The notes under the pieces are model-generated. The model saw only the letters and a list, made by a program, of their open reading frames with translations, was not told the origin of the DNA and made no database searches. The translations under genes and the position numbers were made by a program. A DNA stretch of 64,000 nt. It comes from the human T2T-CHM13v2.0 reference genome, Homo sapiens. The stretch lies in NCBI RefSeq assembly GCF_009914755.1, contig NC_060947.1; one strand, 5' to 3'. Of the stretch, positions 1 to 17,688 are shown one piece after another (the stretch's first letter is position 1; every line of letters starts with the position of its first letter).

Positions 1-52
1 GGAGTTACAACTCATGATAAGATGTGGATGGAGACACAGCCAAACTGTATCA
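1..52 (-). mobile_element. 5' end of MST/THE1-type MaLR LTR (continues out of window)
   Basis: Reverse complement reads TGATACAGTTTGGCTGTGTCTCCATCCACATCTTATC, the typical MST/THE1 LTR start. Confidence 0.7.
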
Positions 53-405
53 CTATGCATCCATAAAAAAGAACACGATCATGTCTTTTGCAGGAACATG
101 GATGGAGCTGAAGGCTGTCATCCTTAACAAACTAACACAGGAATAGAAAACCAAATACTATATGTTTTCACCTCTAAGTAGGAACTAAATGATAAGAACT
201 TATGAACACAAAGAAGGAAGCAACAGACACTGAGGTCTACTTAAGAGGGGAGGGTAGGAGGAGGGAAAGGAGCAGAAAAGATAACTATTGGGCACAGAGC
301 TTAATATCTGTGTAGTATAATAATATGTAAAACAAACCCCCATGGCACATGTGTATCTATGCAACAAACCTTCACATGTACCCCCAAACCTAAAATAAAA
401 ATTTT
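53..405 (+). mobile_element. L1 (L1PB/L1MA-like) 3' end
   Basis: CCATAAAAAAGAAC..ATCATGTCTTTTGCAGGAACATGGATGGAGCTG..., a G-rich 3'UTR tract, and an end at CCCCCAAACCTAAAATAAAA. Confidence 0.85.
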
Positions 406-914
406 AAAGACATGTAGAAGAAAAAGCTTCATATTTTAGCAACTTTAACAGCAATTTCTTCTTGATTTTGAAAAAAAGCATTTTTATTTTGCACAAGGCC
501 CTGCCAATTAAGTAGCCAGTGCTATGTAAACACCACATTTTCCCTACAACTCTATCACTTGGTACCCAACACACCTCAACAACTGCCTCAAATAGGTCAA
601 CAGATACTCTAGCTCTGCTTCAAGGAAGCCACTTTGTGCTTTTTCCCCCTTAATTTTGCAAAATACTTTTATCAGAAGGAAATAAGAAAACAAGGTTGAT
701 CAAAATATATATGTATAAACTATTGTTAATTCTGATATCCAGAGATATTAATATTAACATTTTGGTATATATCATGTTTATATGCACATATACTCATTTA
801 TGTAAAAACAAATGACATTAAACCATATGTGTTTTAGTGATCTTCTCTTTTAATCTTCTTGTCACTAAATATGTACATTATTTTTATTTTCATAAGAAAA
901 TATATCTGTTGACT

Positions 915-1035
915 CGGGTTCAGGGCTTATAGTCCCAGCTACTCAAGAGGCTGAAGCAAGAGGATCACTTGAGCCCAGGAGTTTAAGGCCAGCCTGGGCA
1001 GGCCTTAAAGAGATTCCATCTTCAAGAAAAAAAAA
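915..1035 (+). mobile_element. Alu monomer (FLAM/FAM-like)
   Basis: Single diverged Alu arm (AGTCCCAGCTACT...GGATCACTTGAGCCCAGGAGTT...CAGCCTGGGC) plus an A tail. Confidence 0.75.
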
Positions 1036-1520
1036 AGTCTTAAAAAGAAGAGAAAATAAGTTTGTTGATGTCTCCAGTCATAAAAAAATAGCTTATTCTG
1101 AAAAAACATTAGACAATACAGAAATGTACAAATAAGAAAGTGAAAATTCTACTTAATCTCACCATTCTATCACTCCTAGTAATTTGGAACAGATACTTTG
1201 AGACTTTCTTCTATGTATATAAATATATACACACATAAATGAATGATATATTACATATACATACTTAAAAATGGGATCACACTCTATATGATTATATAAT
1301 CTTTCTATTTTCCTATAGAATAAGGATACGTTTCCATGTCATTAAGTATATATCAATATATACTTTTATATAAATTAATCATTCTACATTTAATATTCTC
1401 CATCTTCATATTATCTCCTAACATGTCTTAGATAGCTTTCCCATGCCAATCATATAGATTTCTCTTATCCTTTTTAACAACTAAGTAACATTTCATTGTA
1501 TGAATTTATTATAATATAAC

Positions 1521-1994
1521 TGTTACAGAAACACCGGGGGTTCAGTCTAGGTCCTACTGCTCACCGCACAGAAAGCCAATCACTGAGACCAGTATTGCCA
1601 AGGAAGAAGGCTTTAATCAGGTGGTGCAGCTGAGGAGATGGGAGATCAGTCTCAAATCCACCTCCCTAATTGACTAAAATTAGGGGTTTATATAGCAGGG
1701 GAAAAAATGTAACTATGTGTGGGAAAACAGGGACTCCAGAGAAGGAATGAGGGACATGGCATTTCATTGTCTGGATGTGATGATTTGGTGAGTTTCAGTT
1801 CTTTGATACTTTTGAGAGGCCTGAGGGTCCCTTCCTGAGGAAAGAACTTAGATAAAACAAATGTATGTTTCAAGCTTTAAAACAAGAAGGGTTGTAATAT
1901 TCCTTATAAAACTGGTAAAAAAAAAAAAGCAGAAAAGTCAATTTCTATGTTTTGCCAAGAAAAAAATGTCTATGGGACTATTAGATCAGTTTCA
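1521..1994 (-). mobile_element. ERV1 solo LTR (MER66-like)
   Basis: TG...CA termini with a perfect 4-bp TSD TAAC (1517-1520 / 1995-1998). Minus strand carries TATA (CTATATAAA) and ATTAAA. Family name is from recall. Confidence 0.75.
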
Positions 1995-2837
1995 TAACTA
2001 TTCCTCAAATGATAAGCATTTAGGTTGTTTCCAGATTTTCAATCTTTAAAAACCTATAATGAACATTTTTTATATGTGTGTATCCTCGGACACTTGTCCA
2101 GTTATTTCTTTAGAATAAATTGCTAGATGTGTAACGGCTGGATTAATGGCTATGAACATGAAATTGACATTTTATAATTCATGTTGTGCAAATATGTGCA
2201 GCTTCTCTGTATTTTTCTATCTCAAGTTTCTCACAAACCCCCATCTTTCTGTATGATACAGGAGGCATGCAGATTTAAATTTGCCAATTAAAGATATCTG
2301 ACTTTACAAGTATAAAAAACAACATTTTCTATTTCAAATCATCTCCTTTGTGTAAATGCTCAGACAGTCAAGTTTTATCTCCCTTCTCCTTCCCAAGATG
2401 TCCTCGTGGCAATGGAGGGTGGGATCCTGACAGCTGGCTGTCCTTTGAGTCTCTGCTGGTCATTGATTCTATGTTGTCTTTGGGCAGTTCCTGAAGACTA
2501 TGGGGGCTAGTGCTGGTGTCTTCACCTAGTCTGGTCTTTGAGGCTGGTGATGTCTACCTTCTTGGTTATATCATATGGCAACCGAATCAAAGCCTATTGG
2601 TATAGGAGTGCCTACACATACATGACAACTATCCCTAAGACTCAACTATAGAGATTAGTCACTCACAGCCTCTGCTTGCTGTCCTCTCATCTCACTGTCA
2701 TTTGAGAAGTAAGCCTGTCCCAGGTCCCAGTAACTTTCCAAAGCCTTCTCCAGGACTCAGTTTTGCCAATGGTAGTGCAATGGAAAACTAGGGGATAATT
2801 TTTGCCCTCTTCCAACTTATTATGCCATTGTACCATT

Positions 2838-3163
<326 letters not shown>

Positions 3164-3529
3164 TAATCTCTTATCTGGGTGGCATCATGTTAGACATGGT
3201 ACTTGTCCAGAGGAACTTATCATTTTCCCAGCCTGCACTTGGGGATGCAAGACACTGGTTCTAGTGCTCTAAGAATCTACCAAACTTACTTGGAACCACC
3301 CCCTTCTTCTTCCTAGGCACCCTCCTCTAGGAACCAGAAAAGGCTATATATGACTTCCTCTTCCTATGTGGATGAGATGAAATGTGCCCTCCTTCTCAAG
3401 GCGGCATTCACCTTATCCATTCCCTGGCCCCTTAATAATGGAAAGTTATCAGATTACCAAAACAAACACATTGAAAGGTATTTGAAAAATTATTATTATG
3501 CACATCACATACATTTTAAAGCCTTAATA

Positions 3530-4130
3530 CATATTACCAAATTACCCTGCAAAATATGATACCAATTTAAACTCTCAGTAGCAGTATATGAAATGTTTCC
3601 TTCCCATTGTCCTTCAACAGTGAGCACTAAACTTGGCCAACCTGTTGGGCAAAATCTTGTAATCTCAATCTTTTAATTTGCATTTCTATGAGTACAGTGA
3701 AGTTGACATTTTTGATATGTTTATTTCTTTTGTAAATTTTCTGTTCATGATCTTTGCTCATTATTCTATTGGTCTTCTTATGTTTGTCTTATTGATTTAT
3801 TGATTTATGAGAGCTCTATATATAGTAAGACTATTAACCCAAGTTTGCCTTTGTCTTTACATTTTACTTGTGACATTTTGGCTTTTCAATTTTTTATTTT
3901 TATGAAGTCAAATCTATCGGACTTTTTTTTCTCCTTTTATGTTTTCTGGTTTTGCTTTCATGCTTAGAAGGGTCTTCTACATATAAATATGATATAAATA
4001 TGTATCTACATATTATTCTGTACTTTACTATTTTAATGTTTTCATTTAAGTGTTTAATATATTTGAAATTTATTTTGGTGAAAGATATGAAGTAAGGTTC
4101 TTTCTTCCCAAATGATTAACAAGTTGTCCT
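3530..4130 (-). mobile_element. Old L1M (L1ME-like) ORF2/3' fragment
   Basis: T-rich antisense L1 phrases (TTTTAATTTGCATTTCT.TGA, AAGTCAAATCTATC). Confidence 0.6.
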
Positions 4131-4530
4131 AATGTCGTGGTGCCCTTGTTAAGGAAGAAAAATATTATGCTCTTAATTTTCCAGAACACTGTGACCTCAA
4201 TATAGCAATTCTAAGTGACTAGCATAAACTTCCCTTATTTTCTGATATTACGCCAACTCTGAGGAACCTAGATCTAACCAAACTAATCTACCCTTCTAGG
4301 CAGGCACACACTCATCTGGATTTAGGTGAGTGGTAAACAGAAAGGGCTCTTCCAGATTAATCTTAGAGAGGCAGAATATCTCATAATGCCCTCTGCCCTG
4401 TGTAACACATCCTAACCAATCAATGGGATTCCTCACAACCTCCTAGCAGGAGTTTTACTAGTCTTGAAGAACATCTTGAGCCTCAGCTGTCACGATACCA
4501 TCCCTGAGCCAAGCCAAAGATGTTTCTTTT

Positions 4531-4810
4531 GGCCAGGTGCAGTGTCTCACGCCTGTAATCCTAGCAATTTGGAAGGCCGACGAGGGCAAATCTCTTGAGC
4601 CCAGGAATTCAAGACCAGCCTGGGCAACATGGTGAAACCCTGTCTCTACAAAAAAAAAAAAAAAATTAGCCGGGCATGGCGGTGAGCACCTGTGGTAACA
4701 GCTACCCAGGAGGCTGAGGTGGGAGGGTCACTCAAGCCTGGGAAGTCAGGTGCCACTGCACTCCAGCCTGGGCAATAGAGCAAGACCTTGTCTCAAAAAA
4801 GAAAAAAAAA
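4531..4810 (+). mobile_element. AluJ
   Basis: Dimer with right-arm deletion; TSD AAAGATGTTTCTTT. Confidence 0.9.
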
Positions 4811-5559
4811 GATGTTTCTTTTAGAAAGCATAGAATTGCAAAGGACATTCAATATACCGGACAATGTATCAATTATATTGAAGTGGAAACCTCCCTGAAC
4901 TATTAAGAACATCAACCAATTACTGGAGTTCCCCCTATATTCCACCCGAATTACTCTTCTAATAGACCTTTTAAAAAGGAAGGAGGGGTTTTTCCGAGGT
5001 CCCTGGCTGCAGCCACAGCATGCCGCAACTGAAACCTCTGTCTATCTTTCCCTTTATCCTTGCCTAGCCTACCCCAACATGCTCCTAAGTTATTAAAGCC
5101 AAACTCCAATTCCATGGAGAGAGCCATTTAATCCCCTATTTCCTCCAAAGTATATTACCTTACTCTTTCACCTACTTTCTTAAGGAATCTGGCTTTGGTT
5201 GAAGTTAAGTACATACTGTCTTCCAGGTAGAGATATACTACTTTAAAGTCCTCAAGTCCTTGTGATTCTAAGGTCAGACACCATTGACTAAGTAACTAGG
5301 CAAATCCAAAGACTCAGTTTTTGACAAACAGAGTAGTATTTGTAGAGATGTTTGAGTTTCACATCTAATATAGGTGGAATCACTAAGCAAATGCCCTGTC
5401 ACATAAGCCAAATTCAAGCTCCTTGGTTAGCTTGGCAATCAACATCCTTCACAATACGGCCGTAAGCTGTTTTGTTTCAAGGTTCTGTCATTCTTCTCCA
5501 GGTCTCCCCAAATGGGCACCACACTAGCCCATGCTGTTCCCCAAAGACACCATGAATGT

Positions 5560-6235
5560 TTAGGTTCTGTGCCAATCCTACTTCATATTTTAAATTTGCC
5601 CATTCAAATCTATCCTCAACATAGCTAACATAATGGTTGCAAAATGCACATCTGATCATGTAGTTTCCCTCCTTAAAGCCTCTCCATGATTCCCTTCACC
5701 TGAAGGATGAAGTTCAAACTTTATAACATGGTATGCAAAGCTGTCCATGATCTAATCTCTTACTTCTCTAATCTAATTCCTCACCATTATCTGCCTTGCA
5801 TTTCATGATCTGGCAATTCAAACTGCTTGTAGTCCTCCACTTGCACCATACTACTCTTATCTCCCTGCCTTTGCTGGTGTTCTCGCTAAGATTGCTTCAG
5901 TCACACCCATTCCCTTCATCAGCCTAATTCCTACATATTCTTGAACACTCAACTCAGATATTACCTTCAGGAAATATTCCCTGGTACCTTCTCTGCAAAG
6001 GCTGGCTTCAGTATCTCTCATACATCCTCCAATAATATAAAATGTAAAGTTCCATCACAGTTTTTAGCTCATTGTATTATGACTATATTTTTGTGTGCCA
6101 GTAAACCCATTTGATAGGTAGCTCTCTAAAGGGAGAGATTTTGTCTTATGTCTGTGTATTCCCAAGGTCTAACAATATCTGGCATGCAATAGGCCGTCAG
6201 ATGCTTGCTGATTAAATTAACAAATAAATGAACTG
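5560..6235 (+). mobile_element. L2 3' fragment
   Basis: AAAATGCACATCTGATCATG...CTCCTTAAAGCC; ends in a degenerate (TGAA)n-like tail. Confidence 0.65.
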
Positions 6236-6754
6236 CATCCTATCATTGGATAGGTAAACCAATCCCCCTCCCCCAATTCAACAATAAAGTGCCTGCCTTG
6301 AGGGAAGAATAAAGTCTGCTACAAACCCAGTCATAAATATGTTCTGAAAAACTTGTCAAATTTAGCTAAGACTGTTAGTATTGTGCATATATAGCTTCCA
6401 ACCCAAATACTTGGCCATAAGGCCATAGCTTGAACTTACTTATGTAATGAAGAATAATTTGTATTCTTCATAATTTCTTATTGCGATGACCTGTTTATGT
6501 GTCTGCATCTCCCTCAAGAGGTTTGGACCATAATCCCAAAAGACACAATCCTGAATGCCATAATCGTGAATGTTGAAATCCTGAAAGATCAAAATCCCCA
6601 AAGTCCAAAATAAACAAACAAAAAAGTAAAAAATAAAAATAACAAAATCCCCGAAGTCTAAAATCCCAAAAGACCAAAATCCTGAAAAATCTAATTCTAG
6701 AAAAAAAATTTTTTTTAATTATTTAAAAGACACTTATTTATGTTTTTTAAAGGG

Positions 6755-7063
<309 letters not shown>

Positions 7064-7829
7064 TGAGAAACATAAAAACATGACAAAACACTTCATAGGC
7101 CAGTTTACACAATAAAATAGGCAATAATAATAATACATAGTTTAGCAAGCATAAACACTCAGGCATACTAACAACAGTTACATGGGTATAAATTTTAAGC
7201 AGACAAACGGTATTCATAAAGAAATCGCTTATATAACTTCATTCAACTGAAATATCATGATGGACAACCTGTCTTTTGACGAGATCTATCAAAAACTACA
7301 AGAAGTCACCACTACATATTTAGTCACCCAAAGAGCTGAAATCTAGATGAACTATCTTTCACAAATGCAGATGTATTTAATACAAAAAGGATATCTCTTT
7401 ATTTACTGAGGAAGCTTCAGTGTTTTTATGTACATGCACAATGTGTACACACAAAGTCTATGTTGTGATAATGTACTTTCATGGAGTCAAATTTGCAAAA
7501 AAAAATGCATAAAACGAATTAGAACTCTCTAAAAGTCTTTACACAAGTTATAATTCCAGTATTGGAAATGATGTGAAGATAAAATACATTGCATAGGGAA
7601 CTGTAAAAAATAATGCTGACAATTTAAAACAGTGGGGGGAAAACTAAACTAAAAAGAAAACTTGACATATGAAAAAGTGTATTACAGGGACAGATTATGG
7701 ACAATTGCATAGAGGTGGTTCATAAGAGCTGATCAACTTTCACAATCATTAACTGTATTTTGAAATCTTGCATGGCAATAAATAGCTGTCTTTTTTCTTC
7801 TTTTAGGGCATGGCTATCTTCAGAGAAAA

Positions 7830-8640
<811 letters not shown>

Positions 8641-9639
8641 CCATTAGATGTTAGAGATTTGACATTTTGGGAATTTAGACTTTAGGGATTGGGTCTTTCG
8701 GATTACTACGGGCAATGCCCACAAGATTAGGAACTTCTTAAAGCCCCACATCCAGTAGAATGCTTTGACACTTAGTAGGCACTCAATAAATGCTTACTGA
8801 ATGAATGTGTAAGACATACATTTACACTGTTTTCTCTGCCAGAAATGCCTCTTCTTCCACTCCATTTCTACCCGAAAAAAATTATACTTGTCTTTTAAGC
8901 TTCAGCTCAAATGTCAACCTTTCTAACTCAACAGAAACAGAGCTAATTACTTCCTCCTCTGTGCTACCATAGTTCATTATACAAATAATTCTTGTAGCAC
9001 CTATTACATTGGAGTATAGTTAAATTTAAGAACCATCACCCCACTACTTGTGAACTCCTCAAGAGTGGGAACTTTGATTATTTACATTTGTATCTCTCTA
9101 TACTGTACCTAACACATAGAAGGCCCTAAATAATAGTTTGTCAAATTAGATTGAAAGGGGTGACAGTAAGAATAGAATGGAGGAGATATGTGTCATAACA
9201 CTGGGACAGAGACCAAATCAAGAAGAATTTCTGAATGAGGGTAATATGAGTAAGGAAAGAAGACAGAAAATCAAGGATGACTTAAGGTTTTGAACTTGAA
9301 TAACTAGAATAATTGAGTCATTTGCGTCTGAATCGCAGAAATAAAGAAATGAGTACTAGGCACAAGTTTGGGCAGGTGTGGGCAATCAGGAATTTACATT
9401 CAATCTTGGACATGCTGAGTTCAAGTTTCCAAGAAACATCCAGCCTACATTTAAGTCATCTATGGCTTAGAAGTCATCTATGGGTGGAGCTATCAAGACT
9501 AAGAGACAAGAAAAAAAATACCCACTTTCACCACATTGGTCTAAGTAAAAATAATAAAAAGAAAAAAAAATAACTGAGTGCTAAATATTGGAAAGGAAGA
9601 GAATATGTATTTGCTGACAATATCATAGTCTAACTGGGA

Positions 9640-11100
9640 AAGTGAAAAGTATAAAATAAAAACTACTAAAATCACAGGAGTCAAGATGAATACACAAAAA
9701 TATATTTCTTTTAGTATAATGATAACTAATTAGAAAATGCAATAAAAAACTATTTGTGGGCCGGGTGCGGTGGCTCATGCCTGTAATCCCAGCACTTTGG
9801 GAGGCTGAGGCGGGCAAATCAAGAGGTCGGGAGATTGAGACCATCCTGGCTAACATGGTGAAACCACCGTCTCTACTAAAAATACAAAAAAAAAAAAAAA
9901 AAATTAGCCGGGCGTGGTGGCAGGCGCCTGTAGTCCCAGCTACTCGGGAGGCAGAGCTTGCAGTGAGCTGAGATCTTGCCGCTGTACTCCAGCCTGGGCG
10001 ACAGAGCGAGACTCCGTCTCAAAAAAAAAAAAAAACTATTTGTGATAATAAAACTATAAAACACATAGAGAAATGTGTAAAATCTATATTAGGAAAGCCA
10101 TAGAACTTCACTAAAGCACATAAAAGAACATTTTTAAAAATGGAAAAGCATACCAAGTTCCTGGATGGGATGATGCAATAGCCTAAATAAAACAATTCCT
10201 CCAAAATTAACACGTAAATCCAACGTAATTTTTATCAAAAACCTAAAGAACATTTTTGGAAATATGAAAAATTAATTCTAAAATTCATCCATAAGAGTAT
10301 ATTCCAGAGTTTTTTTTTGAAAAAAAAAGAATAATGAGAATGGACTTGCTCTGCCAGAAAGCAAAACTTACATAAAGCAACAACAGTGAAAACAATCCAG
10401 AACATATCTATGTTTATCTGGGGGGTTTATATGTGATAATAGTGAAATTTCATATCTGAGAGAAAAAAATTGGAAAAAATTAAGATATACCATATACAAA
10501 AATGAATTCCAGATGGATTGAAGATCTAAATGTAAAAAACGAAATACAGAAAGATAGAATACAGAAGACTCATGTGACAATATTGAGGTAGGAAAAGCTT
10601 TCTAAACAACTCATATCACCTCCAGGCTACAAAGTGAAAAAAACGATAGCTCTCACTGCATAGAAATCTAAAGTTGTACAACAAATGACAGCATAAACAA
10701 AAATCAAGAATTTTTTAAAAACTAAAAAAAAAATCGGAGCGAAAATATTCTAGCAAATTAAAGGATTTAAGATACATAAAAAATAGAGTTCTTTCAAATC
10801 AATAGGAAAAGAGAATCCAAAGGAAAAAATAAGCAAACAGGCAATTCAAAGATAAGTACAAATTTTTAATAAAACATTTAAAAACATCCAGCCTTGCTAT
10901 TAATAAAAATGCAAGTAGAAACAATGAGATCATTTCTTTTTACTGTCAGGTTGGCAAAAATAAAAATAATTAAACCCTAATCAATAACCAGTGCTCTTCG
11001 TGAGGATATAAAGAAATGGATTGCTTTAAACTCTATCCATGAGAGTGATTGTAAATTGCTTCAAACTTTACAAAGGCAAATTATTATTGACTATTAAAGC
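9640..11100 (+). mobile_element. Old L1M ORF2 fragments
   Basis: A-rich L1 phrases (AATTAATTCTAAAATTCATC, GGACTTGCTCTGCCAGA, AATTCCAGATGGATT.AAGATCTAAATGTAAAA). Confidence 0.7.
9759..10035 (+). mobile_element. AluY with internal right-arm deletion
   Basis: ACCATCCTGGCTAAC and GAGCTTGCAG diagnostics; TSD AAAAAACTATTTGTG. Confidence 0.92.
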
Positions 11101-11168
11101 CCTATATTAAAGCTCTACTATTAAGGTCTATTAAAATGTTAATCATTTATTTAAGTAGCCGTAACTAA

Positions 11169-11933
<765 letters not shown>

Positions 11934-12948
11934 TGTATCATATTTCCTTTAGTCACACCAGACATCCGAACCTCTCGTCTATCATAATCTAAATCTTAAT
12001 TCCCATACCACATTCTTCATCTTCTATGATAAACCAATATCTCCCTTTCTTTACCCTCCTAAATTATGTCTTCTGGAACTCAGTTTGTACCAAATTAAAC
12101 TTTGCTCTATCCTTAGCCTCTTCCTTAAATGTTCCCTTCACCTTCTTCTTCTAACCAAAATGTCACTTCTCCCTGAGGACACTGTTTTCCTTGAAGCCTT
12201 CTCAAGTGGAGGCTGTTCTCTTCCACATAAGTCACACAAACTAGAGTTGGAGGTAAAGTGCCCATTGTCCTCACAGCCATTTCTAATTCATTATTCCTTA
12301 AAACTCACCAGCTCCACACCTGGCTGTTGTCATCTAGCCCTCAGTCATCTATGGCTTTGCCAACAGTCCTGCTATCTTGTTCTCTACCACTACTGCTGTC
12401 ATTATTTTTGGTGACTTTGATATTCACATGGATGATAGATAAAACCCACTAGTCAATTAGTTCCTTGACCTCCTCCCATCCAATGATGTTTTCCTCCAAG
12501 CTACCTCAGCTGCTCACTTCCATTGCCATAACCTAAACCATGCAATCACCATAACTTAACTACTTCTCAATGTAACCCTGGAATCTCAAAGACTATAGAG
12601 TAAAGCCTTCAAAATTCTGAAGGAAAATTATTTCAAAATTAATATACCTAGTCTAACTACTGATCAAGTGACAGGATAGATTAAAGATATTTCAAACAGG
12701 CAAGATCTCATATAACCCCTGATGCCTGGATCAGCTGAGGATTCTAATTTTACCTCACTCAAGTGTTAGGCTTTGAACTATTCTTAAGAGCTGGAGGTTG
12801 ACTATGGTGAGTTTAAAATATGTGGAGCAGCCCATTCCCTCCAGTCATATTTCTGCAGGATGTTCAAAATCTGGTCTACACTGTAGCCTTGCCAAACATC
12901 CTGACCATTGTGAACCATGTGTTTCTCAGGCCAAGTGGTGTCTGGTTA

Positions 12949-13287
<339 letters not shown>

Positions 13288-13364
13288 CATAGAAAAGCAA
13301 AGCCCTTTTTCTACAGTTTGTCAATTTTAATGACATAAACATTTCCTTTGTGGGCAATTTTTTA

Positions 13365-13680
13365 AATTTATTTTTTAATTGACTAAGGTAGTATGTATTT
13401 ATGATGTACAACATGATGTTTTGAAATATGCACACATCGTGGAGTGACTAAGTTTAGCTAATTAACATGTGCATTATCTCACATGCTTATCATTTTTGTG
13501 GTGAGAATACTTACAATGTACTTTCTCAGCAATTTTCAAATATACAATACATTGTTATTAACTATAGTCACCATGTTGTACAACAGATCTCTTGAATTTA
13601 TTCCTCCTGTCTAACTGAAATTTTGTGTCCTTTGACCAACATTTCCCCACCTCCAATACCACCCTCACCCCATCCCCTGC
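13365..13680 (-). mobile_element. L1MA 3' end
   Basis: TTTTTGTGGTGAGAA.ACTTA...TATTAACTATAGTCACCATGTTGTACAA.AGATCTCTTGAA. Confidence 0.85.
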
Positions 13681-14269
13681 TAGATGGGCAACTTCAAGCT
13701 GCTAATATAGTATCGGTTTTCTGAAACCATCAGCCAGTTCCAGCACTCCACTGTGTGACACGGCAGCTCTCACAACTTTGCCCACTAATTTCCTTAGAAG
13801 GAATTCTCATAAACTCTCAGGGAAGCAGAAGACAAGATGTGCCCCAGAGACTCTTCCTCTGGGATCTTTTATTTAATAGTGACAATACTGCCCTTTCCTA
13901 ACACAGTAAGTTTAGTGCTTGAGACTCATTTTTTTTTCAAAATAAAACAATATAATATACGTATATGGTTAATATATAAAGAAAAAACACAAAGAAATGT
14001 TTAAAACAAAAGGCAAGACACTGATTGCCTCTGTTGGTGAGGGAGGGGGAAGTAATTGAGGAGCAGCTCACAGGGGCCTTCTAAGATATTGAAAATGTCC
14101 TATTTCTTAAGCTGGATGGTGGATACGTAGGTGTTTATTTTATTATTATGCCTATGTTATTTTTATGGGAGATATAGCTAATAGCTAAAAATAATAAAAT
14201 AGAAAAAAAATTAAAAAACACAAACGAAAAATTATGTATTAAAAAACGCAGTAGAATTTTTTTATATAA

Positions 14270-15615
<1,346 letters not shown>

Positions 15616-15814
15616 GATGCACAGACATGGAAAGATGTCTCTGGTTTATTACTACATTTTTAAAAAGCAACATGCAGATTAATACTTATAGTATGCTTTT
15701 ATGAAAAAATCTCTCTATATGAATATGTGTGCATTTGTATGTATACATATATATGTATATAAAAGACAAGAAAAATATTTTGAAGGAAACTCACTAAACT
15801 ATTCATTATGGTTA

Positions 15815-16150
<336 letters not shown>

Positions 16151-17003
16151 ATTAATGAAAATTATAATTAACTTCTATATTGTTTGAATCTTTATCAGCA
16201 TGTATCTGAATATTTCTTGTGTAATTTTAATATAAAAATGTTCATATTTGCGTAGTTGGGGAGGAATTTTTACCAAAACATGTATTTGACAATGTACAAT
16301 TTAGTATATACATTGGGACCTCTTTTATGAGTAATCCAGATTACTTTTGTCAAAGTAGCCTATGGATAATACAGGATCACAATCATAATGACAAAATTAT
16401 ATATCTCTGACTCTTCTCTGATCTGCTCTGCAGAAGTTATAAATAACCATTCTTAAGTTTTTCCCAACTATTTATAGAAATAAGTTCTTAGAGCTATCTT
16501 ACATGTGTTCTATAAATGAGTCAGTTTGGCTGCCATGTGGTGCCTGCCATTTTCCTCCAATAATGATGTCTCCTGTTCTTGTCATCACCAAGAGCAGTTA
16601 GTACGTCAACAATGCTCATGAAGGCTTCATGGGCTGATGTCTGAGCTAAAGGCGCCAATGCTGTTTGTCAAAGTTATTGAGGATACTATTGCCATCAGAG
16701 CTACTTCCCTCAACAATGCCACTGCAATACTGCTACCACCATCACTATCATCTTGGTACCTCTTTTCCCTCACCCCCACATCCAATTTATCTAAAAGTCC
16801 TATGGATTCGACCTCCAAAATATACCTCAAATATGCCAACTTCTTTCCAAGTCCACTATTACCACCTTGGCTCAAGCCACCACCATATCTTATTTGGGCT
16901 ACTGCAATTATCCTATTAATTGATCTCCTTGTTTCTGTTCTTGCAGTAATCCAATACATTTTCCACAATAGTAATATGAATGATCCTCTAAAATATAAAT
17001 TAG

Positions 17004-17285
17004 GGCCTGGCGCGGTGCCTCACGCCTGTAGTCCCATCACTTTGGGAGACCAAGGTGGGCAGGTTTCTCAAGTTCGGGAGTTCAAGACCACCCTGGGCAA
17101 CATGGTGAAACCCTGTCTCTACAAAAAATACAAAAATTAGCCGAGCATGGTGGTACATGTCTGTAGTCTCAGCTAGTTGGGAGACTGAGGTGGAAGGATT
17201 GCTTGAACCTGGGAGGTCAAGGCTGCAGTGAGCCATGGTCGCACCACTGCACTTCAGACCAGGTGACAGAGCGAGACCCTATCTC
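17004..17285 (+). mobile_element. AluJ
   Basis: Full dimer whose tail is replaced by TC/TA repeats. Confidence 0.9.
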
Positions 17286-17357
17286 TCTCTATATATACAT
17301 ACATATCATTTCCCTGCTAAATATATATATCAAGCAGGGAAATTATAAGACCTAGAC

Positions 17358-17430
<73 letters not shown>

Positions 17431-17688
17431 TCTAGGTAGCACACACACATATATGTTATATATATAGGCCTTATACATGTATATATGTGTGTGTTACCTA
17501 GACACATATGTGTGTGTGTGTGTGTGTGTGTATGTCTAGGTCTGATTTTATATATATATAGGTTATATATATGTTATATATATAGGTTATATATATGTTA
17601 TATATATATGTTATATATATAGGTTATATATATGTTATATATATATGTTATATATATAGGTTATATATACGTTATATATATATATACA
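17286..17688. repeat. Compound (TA)n/(CA)n/(TG)n microsatellite palindrome plus TATATATA[G/T]GT minisatellite
   Basis: Directly visible; see findings. Confidence 0.95.

Noticed and set aside
6530-6700. Regularly spaced AAATCCC/AAATCCTGAA repeats resembling an array or iterons
   Set aside because: These are subterminal repeats of the Ricksha transposon. There is no CRISPR-like repeat-spacer structure, and the DNA is eukaryotic.
16637-17140. 167-aa ORF with a hydrophobic segment
   Set aside because: It runs through an L2 fragment into an AluJ, with no recognisable domain or promoter/exon evidence.
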